A program made the translations under genes and the position numbers. Positions 44,301 through 57,936 of a stretch of 64,000 nucleotides of DNA are shown in pieces. Source of the stretch: a virus (taxonomy: Duplodnaviria; Caudoviricetes); IMG/VR virus record IMGVR_UViG_3300036940_000207, positions 5,749 through 69,748 of that record; one strand, given 5' to 3'. A model generated the notes under the pieces. It was not told where the DNA came from and made no database searches. It saw only the letters and a list, made by a program, of their open reading frames with translations. How positions within the stretch are numbered: the first letter of the stretch is position 1; every line of letters begins with the position of its first letter.

Positions 44301-46919
44301 ACACAAAGTAATACTTGGAGTTTTACAACATTTAATGTTATATCAGTCACTACTCAAGAAACATTTCAAGTATCTGAATCACTACAGAGAAGTAAGACAG
44401 TTTCTGCACAATCTTCTGAATCATTATCCTTAGATGATGTTGATAGTAAAATTACTGATTTTCGTCCATCTTTAACAGATACCGTTAATACAAATGATAA
44501 TATTTTACTAAAAGCATTACTTTTAACATTTTTACAGGATAATATAACATTATCTGAAGAAACATTAAATACTACTATATTTAACTTATTATCTAAAGAT
44601 TCATTTAATATATCAGAAGAGGCGTCAAATACTACTATATTTAACTTATTATCTAAAGATGTATTAAGTACATCTGAAGAATCATCAAATACTACTATAT
44701 TTAATCCTAATACTTCTGATAGTATAACATTATCAGATATAGTATATACAATCGTTAATTATATAGTTAGTTCTTCAGAAAACAATATATTTAATGATTC
44801 AATATTAAGAACAGTTTCATATACATCTTTAGTTTCTGATAATATCACATTATCAGCTTTATTAAATGTATTTTCAATTTTAAATTCTATCTCTAGTGAT
44901 AATCTTTTAGTAAATGAAAATACACAAAATGAAGTGATTCTAAATTTATTATGTTCTGACTCTGTAACTTTAAATGATATACTAAATTTAACTACTATAT
45001 TTAACTTATTATCAACAGATTCATTTAATATATCAGAAGAGACATCAAATACTACTATATTTAATCCTAATACTTCTGATACAGTTACATTGTCTGATGT
45101 ATTAAGTATAATTGGTATATTTAATAAGTTAGTGGATGATTCTACATTACTAAATGATATCTCATCAAATACTACTATATTTAATCCTAATACTTCTGAT
45201 ACAGTTACATTGTCTGATGTATTAAGTATAGTAGGTGAGTTTAACAAAGAATCAAGTGATTCATTTAATATATCAGATATCTCATCAAATATAACTATAT
45301 TCAATCCTAATACTTCTGATACAGTTACATTGTCTGATATATTAAGTATAATTGGTATATTTAATAAAGAATCAAGTGATTTACTGTCTCTTTTAGATAA
45401 TGCAAGTTTATTTTCTGGCATTACATCTTTTGTTTCATCAAATATATCATTTAATACAGTATTAGATGTAATTGGTGAATTTAATAAATTAGTAGATGAT
45501 AGTTTGTCATTTAGTACCATACTAAGTGTGATTAAAGATGTATTGTCCGTATCAACAGACAATTTAATTGTAGATAGTACTACATCTAAAACCACTATAT
45601 TTAATACAGATAATATTGATCAGATTACATTATCAGATATTGTTTCAAAAACTTTAGATCATGTAATAACTACCAAAGATGTCTTAAATTTAGATGAAGT
45701 TATTGATAGAAATATTGTTATAGAGAGATTATTATCCTCTAATATATTATTTTCAGATTTTATTTCTTTAATAACCACTTTAAATTTTACATCACAGGAT
45801 ACATTAATACTTGATGAAAACATAACACAATTATTTGAAAAAATAACAATTTTGGATGATTCATTTAATATATCAGATATCTCATCAAATATAACTATAT
45901 TCAATCCTAATACTTCTGATACAGTTACATTGTCTGATATATTAAGTATAGTAGGTGAGTTTAACAAATTAGTAGATGATAGTTTATCTTTATCAGATAT
46001 AGTAAATGTTATCAAAATTTTTAATGGATATGTTCAAGATGAAATAAGTATAAACACAATCATTTCTGTTATAGAACATTTACTTTCATTAACAACTGAC
46101 AATGTTAATTTAATTGATACAGCAACTAATGTAATTGATTTAATAAAAAATGTGAAAGAATTTCTTAATTTTGGTGATTCATCTTTTGACACTTGAACTT
46201 TTAATGTTACTGGATCAGATAATATAACTACATCTGATATAATAATCACATTATCAATTTTAAATTCGGTGTCTTCTGATAATATAACAATAGAAGATTT
46301 AAGTTCAGTTTTAAAAAATATTAATCAGTTACTAAGTGATGAAAATTTATTTTCAGATTCTAGTAGTAGATTAGCAGATTACTATAAATTATGCTCAGAT
46401 GTAAATATTTTTTCTGACTTAGTTCTATTAAGATTGATATTAAGATTGAAAAATGAGGAAAGACTAGAACTAACAGATAATGTTACTTTAGGATTAATAC
46501 TCAATCTGTTAAGTACAGAAAATATTACATTCTTAGAACTTTGTGCAGCTTCTTCAATATTAATAAGAAGCGTTTCAAGTGATTTAGAATTAAATGATTC
46601 AAATAATATAAATATTGAATATGTGGTTAGTGCAAGTGATGATACTCAATTCTCAACAGTACTAGAGGTAATATCAACACTTTATTCAAAAGTATCTGAA
46701 AACACACACTTTTCAGATATTACCTCTATTGAGATACTTAGATTACCACATGGTAAAATTAAAGTTATATTTAAAGTAGGTACTAATAGAGTAGTATTTT
46801 CTATAAATAAACCAGAAATGAATTATAAGTTTAAGAATCCACACATGGAATCTAAACTAAAGAAACCAGAAGTAAATTTTAATTTAAAGAAAGGAGATCA
46901 AAAATGAAAGATACAATAA
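41331..46919 (+). CDS. Giant mosaic fibre/adhesin (about 1862 aa): duplicated Ig/FnIII-like domain, DUF2341-like with MAM insert, LamG-like, long S-x-x-x-x-D repeat stalk; code 4
   Basis: All track ORFs from 42411 to 46907 are in one frame joined by TGA codons. Confidence 0.8.
41981..42254 (+). repeat. 274-nt intragenic duplication, copy 1 (copy 2 at 44057-44330)
   Basis: Near-identical DNA; TGA in copy 1 aligns with TGG in copy 2. Confidence 0.9.
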
Positions 46920-47398
46920 GTTCTTTAGGATTATCAGGTCAGTTTCATATTTCTTGTTATGATAAGAATGGAAATTTAAAATGGGAAGATAATTTCCCAA
47001 ACACGGTTGTTAATGAGGGAATTAATCATATTCTTGATGTGTTGTTCGTTTCAGCAACAACACAGATTGATCCTTGATATGTTGGATTACTGAATAGCAC
47101 ACCAACTGTTTCACCTACTGATGGAATAGTAGATCTTTCAGAGTTTATTAACTATGATGGTGATAGAAAAGAGTATGTAGACTCAAGAACAGGTCAAACA
47201 GTAGATAATAGTGCTAGTGTTGCTGAATTTTTAATTAGTTCAGATAGTTCAACTATTGGGGGTGCTTTTTTAGCATCAGTAGCAACAGGAACAACAGGAA
47301 CTCTACTTTGTGGTTCAGCATTTAATAATGGTGATAAAACAGCTGATACTGGTGATACGTTGAAGGTAACTTACGAATTTAGTGGATCAAGTGCATAA
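46904..47398 (+). CDS. Conserved phage virion protein accompanying the fibre, code 4
   Basis: NTVVNEGINHILDVLF...WYVGL; AAGGAG RBS. Confidence 0.7.
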
Positions 47399-47411
47399 TA
47401 TAGGTATATAA

Positions 47412-47750
47412 ATGTCTAGTACAATAAAAACACGACCAGTAGAAGGAAGTACAGCAACTCTAGAATGTACATTTAAAGATACCAATAATAACATTATTGA
47501 ATCTAGGTACATAAGTTCTATAACATGATCTCTGTACGATTCTGAGAATAATATAGTTAATGAAAGAGAGAATATATCAGAAGATATAAATAATCCATTA
47601 ATTATTGTTCTTACAGGTAGTGATTTGCCATATGGTAAACTATATTTTTATGTTCATGTTGTATATGATTCTACAGTAGGTTCAAACTTAAATCTCAGAG
47701 ATGAGATTTCATTTTATGTTGAAAATTTAAGGAATAAAAATGTCTCTTAA
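47412..47750 (+). CDS. Small virion beta-sandwich-like protein, code 4
   Basis: Open with one TGA. Confidence 0.55.
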
Positions 47751-48435
47751 TCCAAAAGATTCACCATATTGAGATTTATTCGATGATTATCCAGATCATT
47801 TAGAATACAATCTTTTTGATTCTGTTGTTTCAGAATATAATGATGTTTCAGGGTTTCCTATATATTACTATATAAGATTAATCTCTGAAACATCTGATGA
47901 TATATATGGTGAAAATCCTACAGAAGAGTATTCAGATCCATATAGAACCAAACTTATATATGAACCAAGTGAAGAACCACAAATATTAGAATTTGGAATT
48001 TCTAGTGATGATACTTTAGAATATGCACAATTAACTAAAACTATATTTGATAGAGATGTAAGTGATCCTTATATTTTAGATAAAGAAATAGATTCTATTG
48101 TACCAAAAGCTGGTGATTTAATCAAAACTTTATGAAATAATAAAACTTATGAAGTTGTGTATGTAGGATCAGAAACAAGAATATTTCAAGGCAAGAAGTA
48201 TATATGGGATTTCATATGTAAACCATATAGATACAGTTATGAAAGTGAATCTAGTGATAATTTTCTATTTAATGATCCTGATAGTGATGATTTTCCAGAT
48301 ATTAATGTTACAACTGAGACAGAATCATATACAACATCTGGAGATACTATAAAACAAAGATATGGTGATAATGAAGTAATAGAAGATGAAAGTGATGATG
48401 TATCAGATATAGATACATCTATCTATGGATATTAA
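47740..48435 (+). CDS. gp14: Neck/head closure protein (T4 gp14-like), code 4
   Basis: DDIYGENP..EY, PKAGDLIK...YEVVYV; position in module. Confidence 0.75.
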
Positions 48436-48437
48436 TT

Positions 48438-49190
48438 ATGAGAAACTTTTTCTATTTTGGAACGATACGAAAAACAATTATACAATTTTTAGATATTTTC
48501 AAAGATTTGAAAATTGCTAAATATGATGAAAATGGAGATATTATTAAATATGTAGAAGTTCCTGTAAAGTTTATGCCTAAGCAGAAATGATATTCCTGGT
48601 TAAAGCAAAGAACACATGAGAAAATATATCCAAATATAGGAATACAAATAACTAGTATGGAGTATGATTCTAATAGAACTACTGGTAAACATGAAAAACA
48701 TTTAATAAATATAGTAGGAACTAATTATGAAGAATATCAAACTCCAATACCTTATAACATAATATTTGAGGTAAGAATTTCTACAGAATTTATCAGTGAA
48801 ATGGATCAAATAGTAGAACAAATATTACCATATTTTTCACCTTATGTAGTTAATAATATTAAAGTAGATGAGTTAGATCTTGATTGAGATGTAAACATAA
48901 ATTTTGATGGACTTCAAATAAATCAAGATATAGATATAAATGATTACAGAAACAATGAATGAACTTTAAATTTTACTGTTCAAACATATTTGCTAAAACC
49001 ATATCTTGAAAGTGAAGGTAAATTAATTAAGAAAGTAGTTAATAAAATTTACACAAGTAAAGAAGCTTGAAATGATATAGATACAGAAACAGATATGCCT
49101 TCTGGTGGTGGATCAGAAGATGAAGAAATATTGATACTAGCTTCTAAAGAAGATGGGAAAATTTTAATAGAATATGAGGTTTTTTATTAA
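48438..49190 (+). CDS. gp15: Tail sheath stabiliser/terminator (T4 gp15-like), code 4
   Basis: FYFGTIRKTII.F...VEVP; PIPYNI.FEV; QIVEQILPYFSP. Confidence 0.88.
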
Positions 49191-49687
49191 TGACATTATC
49201 TCTTAGTAAAGCAAGGGGAATGAATTTTAAACTTATATTTCCCATACTACCAGAAACAGAAGATATTGATGATTCAAAATTATATAATATAAATATAGTA
49301 GACACAGTTTTACCTTCAATTTCTATTACTCCTCTTGAATTACCATGACAAGGCGGACAAGTATATCAAGAGGGTGGTGGAATGGAATATGGTGAATGAA
49401 AAACAAAATTTCAAATAGATCAAAATTTTAATAATTATATATTATTATATGATTGATTAACATCAGCATATGATGGGATTAGTGTTTTTGGAAGTTTAAC
49501 AAATGATTATCAAATTACAGCTAATTTATTAGTACTAGATAATTGAGATAATGTTGTTGTAACTTGAGAATTTAAAAAATTATGGCCTTCATCATTAGGT
49601 GATGTCCAATTTTCATATAAAAATGGAAGTGAAATTTTAGAATGTGATGTTGTCTTTATTTATGACTTTTTTATTAAGAAAATATAA
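49190..49687 (+). CDS. Tail completion protein (T4 gp3-like), code 4
   Basis: NFKLIFP, VLPSI, FQIDQNFNNY..LYDW, LWPSSLG. Confidence 0.65.
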
Positions 49688-49723
49688 ATAAATGAAACAA
49701 AGGAATTTAATTAGGAGGAAAAA

Positions 49724-51499
49724 ATGAGTATATATTCAAGTCCTTTAATAGACATTATTGAAACTGACAAGTCTTCATATGTCTCTGGTTTTGCAGCTAC
49801 AGTAGCAAATATTGTAATAAGAAATACATGAAAAGGTAAAGAAATGGAAAGGCAATTGATAACTCAAGAAAGTGAGTTAATTGATTGAGCAGGAATACCA
49901 AGAGATAAAATATATGATGAGAATGGAAACGCAACAAGTATTTCTGATAACTATCAAGATATGTTCTCTGCAATTGGTTATCTTAAACATGGACAAAATC
50001 TATATTGTGTAAGAACTATGCCAGCATCTGCTACATTCGCAGGTGGGTTCTTTGATGATGCGGAAACATGAAATGAATTTGCGGGAGACGGAGCTTTAAC
50101 CTTAAAAACAAAATCATATTCAAATGGTGATATTTCTGATCCAGATGAATTTTCTGAAGAAGCACCCTCTTTAATGGGAACTGATTCTGTTTGAATCATT
50201 GCCAAAGATAGAGGTTATTATGGTAATAACATTAGAGTAGCTATTGTAGATAAAACTACTCAAACTGAAATTTTATCAGGTGGAAAAACTGATTGAGAAG
50301 ATGGAGAAATTTATAATATTGTAAATAGAATAGATTCTCCGATTAAAAATGAAGAAGATTTTCTGTTACTAGTTCAAAACAAACCAGACCAAAGTGATGC
50401 ATGAGTTTTAGCAGAAATTTGAAACGTGTCTTTAAATGAAAATGCTAAAGATGATCAAGGAACAACTAAATTTGTTGAAAAATTAGTAAATAGGAGTTCT
50501 AGACTTATAAGAATAGCAGTAAATAGTGATTATCATAATTCAACAGTACCTAATGATTGAGTAACAGAGGATTTTAATGATTTGGGTGGTGGAAGAGATC
50601 ATGATGGTGATGAAATTAATGATAATATAGTTTTAGAAGCTTATGAAATATCAGAAGATCCAGAATCTGTTGATATTAATTTATTTATTGATTCAAATAA
50701 ATCAACCACTGTTAAAAAAAGAATAGTTGAAATTGCTGAATCAAGAATGGATAGTATGTTAATTGCTGATGTTCTACGTGAACATGTTGTCAATAATAAA
50801 GGTAATGAAACAACTGATATTACACGATGAAGAAGAGGGTACACAACTCCTAACTTCAATATAAGTTCAAGTTATGCAGCTTTATATGCAAATTGGTTAG
50901 AAGTTTATGATAGATACAATAGTAAATACAGATGAGTACCAGCTTCTGGTTATGTAGCAGGCATTTATGCTAATAATGACAGTCTTACAGATCCTTGGTT
51001 TGCACCAGCAGGTTTGGAAAGAGCTACCCTGAATAATATTAGAAGGTTAGCTTGAAATCCTAATCAAGCTAAAAGAGATACATTATATATTGCAGGTATT
51101 AACCCAATAGTTTCTTTTGCAGGAAAGGGGAAAGTTATTTGAGGACAAAAAACAATGTTTTCTGAATCTTCAGCATTTAATAGAGTAAATATTAGAAGAT
51201 TATTTATGGTATTAGAAGAAAGTATCAAAGATTCAGCAATGAGATTTGTATTTAAACCAAATGATAGAGATACACGAAATCAACTAGTATCTATGATTGA
51301 TCCTTTTCTTGCAGATGTTAAAGCTAGAAGAGGAGTAGTTGATTATTTAATTGTATGTAATACTACAAATAATACTCCTGAAAGAGTAGATAGAAGTGAA
51401 TTATGGTGTGATATTTATGTTCAACCAACTAAAGCTGCTGAATTTATTAGACTTAACTTCATAGCAACAAGATCAGGTATGGAATTTACAGAAATATAA
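49724..51499 (+). CDS. gp18: Tail sheath protein (T4 gp18-like, 591 aa), code 4
   Basis: PWFAPAG, GINPIV, WGQKT, FNRVNIRRLF, IYVQPTKAAEFIRLNF. Confidence 0.95.
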
Positions 51500-51505
51500 A
51501 TAATT

Positions 51506-51539
51506 TTAGGATAGTGAAAGAATTCTTTCACTATCCTAA
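51506..51539. terminator. Hairpin/terminator between sheath and tube genes
   Basis: Perfect 34-bp palindrome. Confidence 0.7.
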
Positions 51540-51559
51540 TTATTAAAGGAGAAAATAAA

Positions 51560-52105
51560 ATGGCATCATCAGACGGATTTTTATCAAATTTTAAAGCGGG
51601 TGTAAATGGAAATTTTGCCAGAGCATATCTATTCTATGTAAAGTTTCCTAATTCTGGTCCGGTTAATTTACCAGAAAACCAAGTATTTCTGGTTAGATCA
51701 TCAAATTTACCAGAATCAACTATAGACCCAATAGTAGTCCCCTACCAAGGGATGGAATATAAAATAGGTTCTACACATACATATTCAGAATGAGAATGTA
51801 CATTTAATGCTGACAATAAAATGAATTTAAGAAAAGAATTCATGGAATGAATGAAAGGTGTTCATGATCCAACTACTAATGAACATGGTAAACCAGAAGA
51901 ATATTTTGGAAAAGTAGAAATTGAAATGTTAGATCCATTTCAAACTTTTGGTGGTAATGCAACAGCTAATGCAACTTATAAAGCTATATTATATGATGCA
52001 TGACCTAGTAGTGTGGGTTCATTAGATTTAGCATATGATAATAAAGAAGTGGCTCAATTTAGTGTTACATTTACATATAATTGACATGAAGAAGAAGAGG
52101 GATAA
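51560..52105 (+). CDS. gp19: Tail tube protein (T4 gp19-like), code 4
   Basis: FARAYLF, LPESTI..VPYQG, WECTF, AWPSSVG.LDL.YD, FSVTFTYNW. Confidence 0.9.
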
Positions 52106-52133
52106 ATAATTATCTAAATAAAGAGGTGTTTTA

Positions 52134-52871
52134 ATGAGTTATAAAAATTATTTAAATGTATATGATTTTTCATGTGAATTACCTGGAACAGGTGAAGTAG
52201 TTAAATACAAACCTTTAACTACTGGTCAAATTAAAAAATTATTAGTACATGAAAAGGAAACAAATCCAATTGTTTTAGAAAATGTATTTGATCAACTAAT
52301 TACTTCTAGTGTAATATCTGAAGATTTTGATATAGATAAAATATATGTACAAGATAAAATATTCCTACTAATTGAAATTAGAAAACATAGCAAAGGTGAA
52401 CAATTTACATTTCAATTTACATGTCCTAAATGTAAATCTCAAAATTTGAATTATTTTGATTTTAATAAATTAGAGGTTATTAAAAAACAGAATACAGAAT
52501 ATGGAGAAGTAACTGCTGGTGATAATATCAAATTATATATAGATTTTATTACTAGAGGTGAACAAAAAGAATCATATAATATGATAGAAAATATTGAGGA
52601 ATTAACAGATTCACAAATAAGAGCAGAAATGTCACTTCATAGTTTAGCTAGTGGTATAAAAAAAGTAGAATCTCCAGATGGTATAGAAGAAATAGGGGTT
52701 GAAGACAAACTTTATATTGTTAATTCTTTAACAGTAGATGACTTAGAAGAAATAAGAAAGTGATATGATAATAATAATTTTGGTATAGATATTAAATATA
52801 AACTTATTTGTGATAATTGTGGGTTTTTTGAAGAAAAAACCGATGTGGAGGTAAGTAGTAATTTTTTTTAA
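52134..52871 (+). CDS. gp26: Baseplate hub / tail assembly protein (T4 gp26-like), code 4
   Basis: LPGTGEVVKYKPLT, IEIRKHSKGE, CPKC; ends NFF-TAA. Confidence 0.75.
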
Positions 52872-53059
52872 CCAGAATTTTATTAGAAGGTCAAACATTA
52901 GTTAATATTATAAATGAACAATATCAGTTAGCTAAACATGCCAATATTTCATTATCAGATAGTGAAATGTTGGCAGATTTTGAAAGAGAAGCTCATCTTG
53001 ATATGGTATTACATGATTTAAAAAAAGAAAACGAACCATTTAATAAAATTATTAAATAA
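52868..53059 (+). CDS. gp51-like segment without its own start; probable -1 frameshift extension of gp26
   Basis: EQYQLAKHANISLSDSEML..FERE in the -1 frame after a T8 run. Confidence 0.55.
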   Translation, partial: LTRILLEGQTLVNIINEQYQLAKHANISLSDSEMLADFEREAHLDMVLHDLKKENEPFNKIIK

Positions 53060-53090
53060 CCCACTTGAGTTCATAGACTCAATGGATCTT

Positions 53091-53127
53091 AAAAGGTCTA
53101 AAGGGATCATTCCCCTTTAGACCTTTT
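53091..53127 (+). terminator. Intrinsic terminator
   Basis: aaaaggtctaaaggg...ccctttagacctttt followed by a T-run. Confidence 0.8.
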
Positions 53128-53143
53128 TTATAGGAGAACTAGA

Positions 53144-56100
53144 ATGGCCACTGAAAGAAGAGAATATATAAAAACAATAAAAAATTCATTAGAAAAATTT
53201 AATGAAGAGAGTCAATTAATATTTGAGCAACTTCAAAATTTGAAATCTGATGATATTACTCTTCAGATCTTAATAACAGAAATACAAAAGATCAGAGAAA
53301 ATACTGTCTCTGAAAAACACTATAACAAATTAACAAATATTCTTAATCAAATACAAGAAGGTGAAATTAAAGAATCAGATTTGAATAAAAGTGTTGATGA
53401 AATTTCTGAAGGTTTTATGAAGGGAACTAATACATTATTAGAAGGTATTGGTTCAAAAATTGGAGAAATGGCAGAGCAAAATGAATTAATAGTCTCTGGT
53501 ATTAATAAAGTAGGTGGATTTTTTGGTGAAATATTCTCCCCCTTTCAAGAACTTTTTAACCTTATAACTGGAACATTTTCTATACTTCAAGGTGTCTTTG
53601 GTTATATGACCAAGATTCCTACTTTATTAATGGGATTAATGAGTGTTATTAGAAAAGACCCAACACCTGACAAATTGGATAAATTAATTGATCTTGAAGA
53701 ATCTAAGATAAAGAAAGAAGATAGAGAAATCAAAGATGATAGTAGTATTTGAAGTGAATTATTACTAATAGCTGGACAAATCACAGGTGGTATAATGGCA
53801 GGAGTAAGTGGATTCGTTACAGCTGTTCAGAAAGACATAGTGAAAATGTATAAACCATTTATGAATGTATTTAAAAATGGTATATTAGATCCAGTTCGGA
53901 ATTGATTCAAAAAAGAAAACTGAATCACAAATATGTTAAACAGAATAAAAAATATTAAAGGAATAACTAGAATAGAAGGATTAATTAGTAGATTTAGTGG
54001 AATTGTTGACAGAATAAGAAATATGTTTACGTCTGTGATAGAAAGATTAGGTAAAGTGAGATCATTAGTAGATGATTTGATAAAACAATCAGGAAAATTT
54101 GGAAAAATTATTGGTGGAATTTCTAAAGCACTAGGAAGATTAGTTTGACCATTGTTGATTGCTTATGAAGTTATAAGAGGAATGATAAAAGGAGAAACAA
54201 TAAGAGATAAAATATTAGAGGCAAGTGCTGGTATTTTATCTATAGCAACACAAATACCGGAATGAATTATTAATGGATTGTTATGAGCATTTGGTTCTGA
54301 ATTTAGAGTAGATTTTGGTAGAGAAGCAATAATTGAAGCAATAAATGATATAAGTGATTGGTTATATAAGAATGTAACTGAACCAATAACAAATTTCCTG
54401 AAAAATTTTGATTTAAAAGAATCATTCAATAAACTTGTTAATAAAATAGAAATTACTATTAGTGATTCATTTGGATCAATACTAAAAAAGTATAATAATC
54501 TGAAAAATATGTTAATGGGATTTTGAAATTCTCTAATTAAAATGAATTTTCTTGATTCTGATTTGTTTAGTACAATTACAAATTGAATGGAATGAACCTT
54601 TGATCAAATTAAAAAACCATTCATGTGAGTTAAAGAAAAACTACAAGAAACTGAACAATGATTAATTAATCATACATTGTTTGATAAACAAACAATAGAT
54701 TCATTAAAACAATCAATGTCTAGTATGTTTAACTGGATAATTGTACCTTTCAAGAATGTACTAACTAATTTGAATGATGTACAAAACTGATTAATAACTA
54801 CTGTATTTGCAGATCCAACACAAACATGAGAAAGTATTAAGAGTGTAATGAGTAATGTGTTTGATTGGATAACTATACCTTTCAAATCAGTATTAGAAAA
54901 ATTACAAAATTTTTGAAATTGGTTAACTACAACAGTATTTGCAGATCCAACACAAGCATGAAAAGATATTAAGAGTGTAATGTCTGATATGTTTAACTGG
55001 ATAACTGCACCCTTTACAAATGTACTAACTAATTTGAATACTGTACGGAATTGGTTAACTACAACAGTATTTACAGATCCAACACAAGCATGAGAAAATA
55101 TTAAGAGTGTAATGAGTAATGTATTTGATTGGATAACTATACCTTTTAAATCAGTATTAGGAAAATTACAAAATTTTTGAAATTGATTAACTACAACAGT
55201 ATTTGCAGATCCAACACAAGCATGAGAAAATATTAAGAGTGTAATGTCTGATGTGTTTAACTGGATAGCTGTACCTTTCAAGAATGTACTAACTAATTTG
55301 AATAATGTACAAAACTGATTAATAACTACTGTGTTTGTAGATCCAACACAAACATGAGAAAATATCAAGAGTGTAATGAGTAATGTGTTTAACTGGATAA
55401 CTACACCCTTTACAAATGTATTAACTAATTTGAATACTGTACGGAATTGATTAACTACAACAGTATTTACAGATCCATCACAAACATGGGAAGGGATTAA
55501 AAGTACAATGAGTAATGTATTTGATTGGATAACTATACCCTTTACATGAGTTAAGGATAAATTAAAAATATTTGAGAATTGATTAATTAATCATACATTG
55601 TTTGATAAACAAACAATAGATTCATTAAAACAATCAATGTCTGATGTGTTTGGTCAAGTAACTGCACCTTTTATATTTGTTAAAAATTTATTATCTGATA
55701 TGTGGAATTGATTAACAGCTACTACATTCAGTGATCCATCACAAGCATGAGAAGATATTAAGAATAAATTATATGGTATATTTGATTATTTAACAGAATT
55801 ATTTCAACCAATTAAATTTGCAGCATTAACATTTTATGGTTTATTAACAGGTGATTTTGGTACAATGTCTACCAATGTAAAGAAAATGTTGAATTCTTTA
55901 CAGAATGTAATGTCTAATATATTCAATAATATCAAAAACTTTTTGATGAACAATACACCTATTGGTCCATTAGTCAGAGGTTTTAATAATTTATATAATT
56001 TTTTGACAGAGGATAACAAAGAAGAAACAATATTAGAATCATTAATTAATGATTTAAAAGAATTACCTGGACAAATAACAAATTGATTTTATTCAATTAT

Positions 56101-56842
56101 ACCTAATTGAAAAGATGATATAGAACCACGATTAAAGAAGATCGTACCAGATTGAGCAGAACCTTGAATATTTGGGAAAAAACTTGATATTGGTAAAATG
56201 CAGGACACACCTAAAATGTCAGGGAAGGAATTAATGAGAACATTAATAAAGGGTGATGCAGTAGATAGAAAAGTTGGTTTTAGAGGTATGCCAGATGAAT
56301 TTTCATTAAAGAAACCAGCATTAGAAAGTATGAGTTCTACACAGGCGAATAAATTATTGAATACTGATTATAAGTTCACCAAAGAAACTAGGGATTCATT
56401 AGTAGAATTAACCAAGAAAGCTACTAAGAAAAAATCAATTTATACTCATGATGTCACATTAGAGAATATTATGGGTAATATCAAAGATATTTTAAAAGGT
56501 GATGTTTCTTACTCAGATTCAGACACTACATTTATTATAGAGAATAATAAATCAAGAAATATAGATAGTATTAATACAAGTATTTCAAGAAATAAAATAG
56601 AAGAAAAAAATAAAGAAAGAGCAATCAGAGAAAAAGAGATTAACTCTAACAGAAATTTTTTAGAATCTATTAATAATAAAGTTTCTAATAATATAAATAA
56701 TGACCTGAACAATAATGTAAAAAATGTTAATGAACCGAATAAGGATGAAAGAGAACGTATATTTCCAAGTGAACATATACCAGATGAGATAGAAAATTTA
56801 TCATTATTCTTATTCACAAAGAATTGGGGAATTGTATCATAA
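53144..56842 (+). CDS. Tape-measure / baseplate hub protein (T4 gp29-like, 1232 aa), code 4
   Basis: One frame; Trp-periodic 44-aa repeats; position after tube and chaperone genes. Confidence 0.8.
54659..55642 (+). repeat. About seven 132-nt coding tandem repeats
   Basis: VMS..F.WIT.PF...W...VF.DPTQ.W units flanked by a 63-nt direct repeat. Confidence 0.85.
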
Positions 56843-56870
56843 TTAGATAGGAACATTGAGGTAAATTATA

Positions 56871-57557
56871 ATGATTAAATGGTTTCCATCAAGAAGTATA
56901 TTTTCAGGTGAATGAGCTGATAATGTTCTATGAATAGAACTTACACCTAAAAAAATAGCTAATCAAAATATTCAGAAGACTACTTATGTCGAATTAGAAG
57001 ATGCAGATGATTTAGATATAAGCCAATATAATTTTCTAGCACCAAATGAAATTCAAGAAACTATAAACAATACGTGAGAACCTATGGAAAATATTATATC
57101 TGGTATGTCACAGAAAATAGCATCTACGGCAAAAATTATAAATCAGGGAATTGCTCAGTATAAAGTAGATACACCTTTAGTGTATATGAACTCTGAAAAT
57201 AGACAAGTTACATTCTTATTTAACTTAATTATGAATGAAAAGGCAAATTCTAAAGAATACGTAGTTGATCCAGTTAAGAATTTAATGAAGTGATCAACAC
57301 CAAAAATACCAACAAAAATAATGTCACAGAGTTTACAAAAAGTAGAACTTCCATATGTATTTCAGGTAAGAACAAAAACAGGAGTTGATGGATATAAAGA
57401 TATTGTCAATATGAGATGTGCTGCTATCTCATCTATACAACCAACTTACTTTCATCCATATGTGAATGGTTATCCATGTAAATGTGAATTAACAATTACA
57501 TTTATAGATATAGAACCAATAAGTAGAGACAAAACATTTAATATAACTGTATCTTAA
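56871..57557 (+). CDS. Baseplate / tail-tube junction protein (gp48/gp54-like), code 4
   Basis: NFLAPNEIQETINNTW, YMNSENRQVTF, AISSIQPTY. Confidence 0.6.
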
Positions 57558-57567
57558 AGGGATATAT

Positions 57568-57936
57568 ATGCTAGAACCAATAAATAAAACTTATTATGAA
57601 TTTACAGGTAAAAGGCTGAAAAATAATTCCCAACTTAAAGCTTTTAATTTACTAGAAGATTCTGATGGAAACAAATTATTAAATATATTCAGAACTTATA
57701 GCATAAAAAATTTAAGTATTAATTATTTTTTAATACATGAACTTGATTATGAAGATAGGTGATATAATTTATCTTGAAAATATTATGAAACACCATATTT
57801 ATGATGAACTATACCTATGGTTAACAATATAGCAAATCCGTTTGAATTTCCAGAAGCAGGAACTAATATCAAAATATTGAAAAGTTCTTATATTTATAGT
57901 GTTTTGAATGAAATTAAAGAGTTAGGGAAAAAATAG
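57568..57936 (+). CDS. Baseplate wedge subunit (T4 gp53-like), code 4
   Basis: RWYNLSWKYYETPYLWWTI..VNNIANPF. Confidence 0.7.

Noticed and set aside
41981-44330. 274-nt duplication as a DGR repeat pair
   Set aside because: Mismatches involve all bases and both copies are in frame within one gene.
44330-46700. CRISPR-like repeat array
   Set aside because: The repeats are in-frame coding units of the fibre stalk with no unique spacers and no cas genes.
44759-55368. Long antisense ORFs in the track (e.g. 44759-45595, 54670-55368; also 9529-9846, 33915-34334)
   Set aside because: Shadows of repetitive or biased genes on the opposite strand; no RBS or recognisable motifs.
54659-55642. CRISPR array or second DGR TR/VR pair
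   Set aside because: Coding tandem repeats; differences are not adenine-specific.
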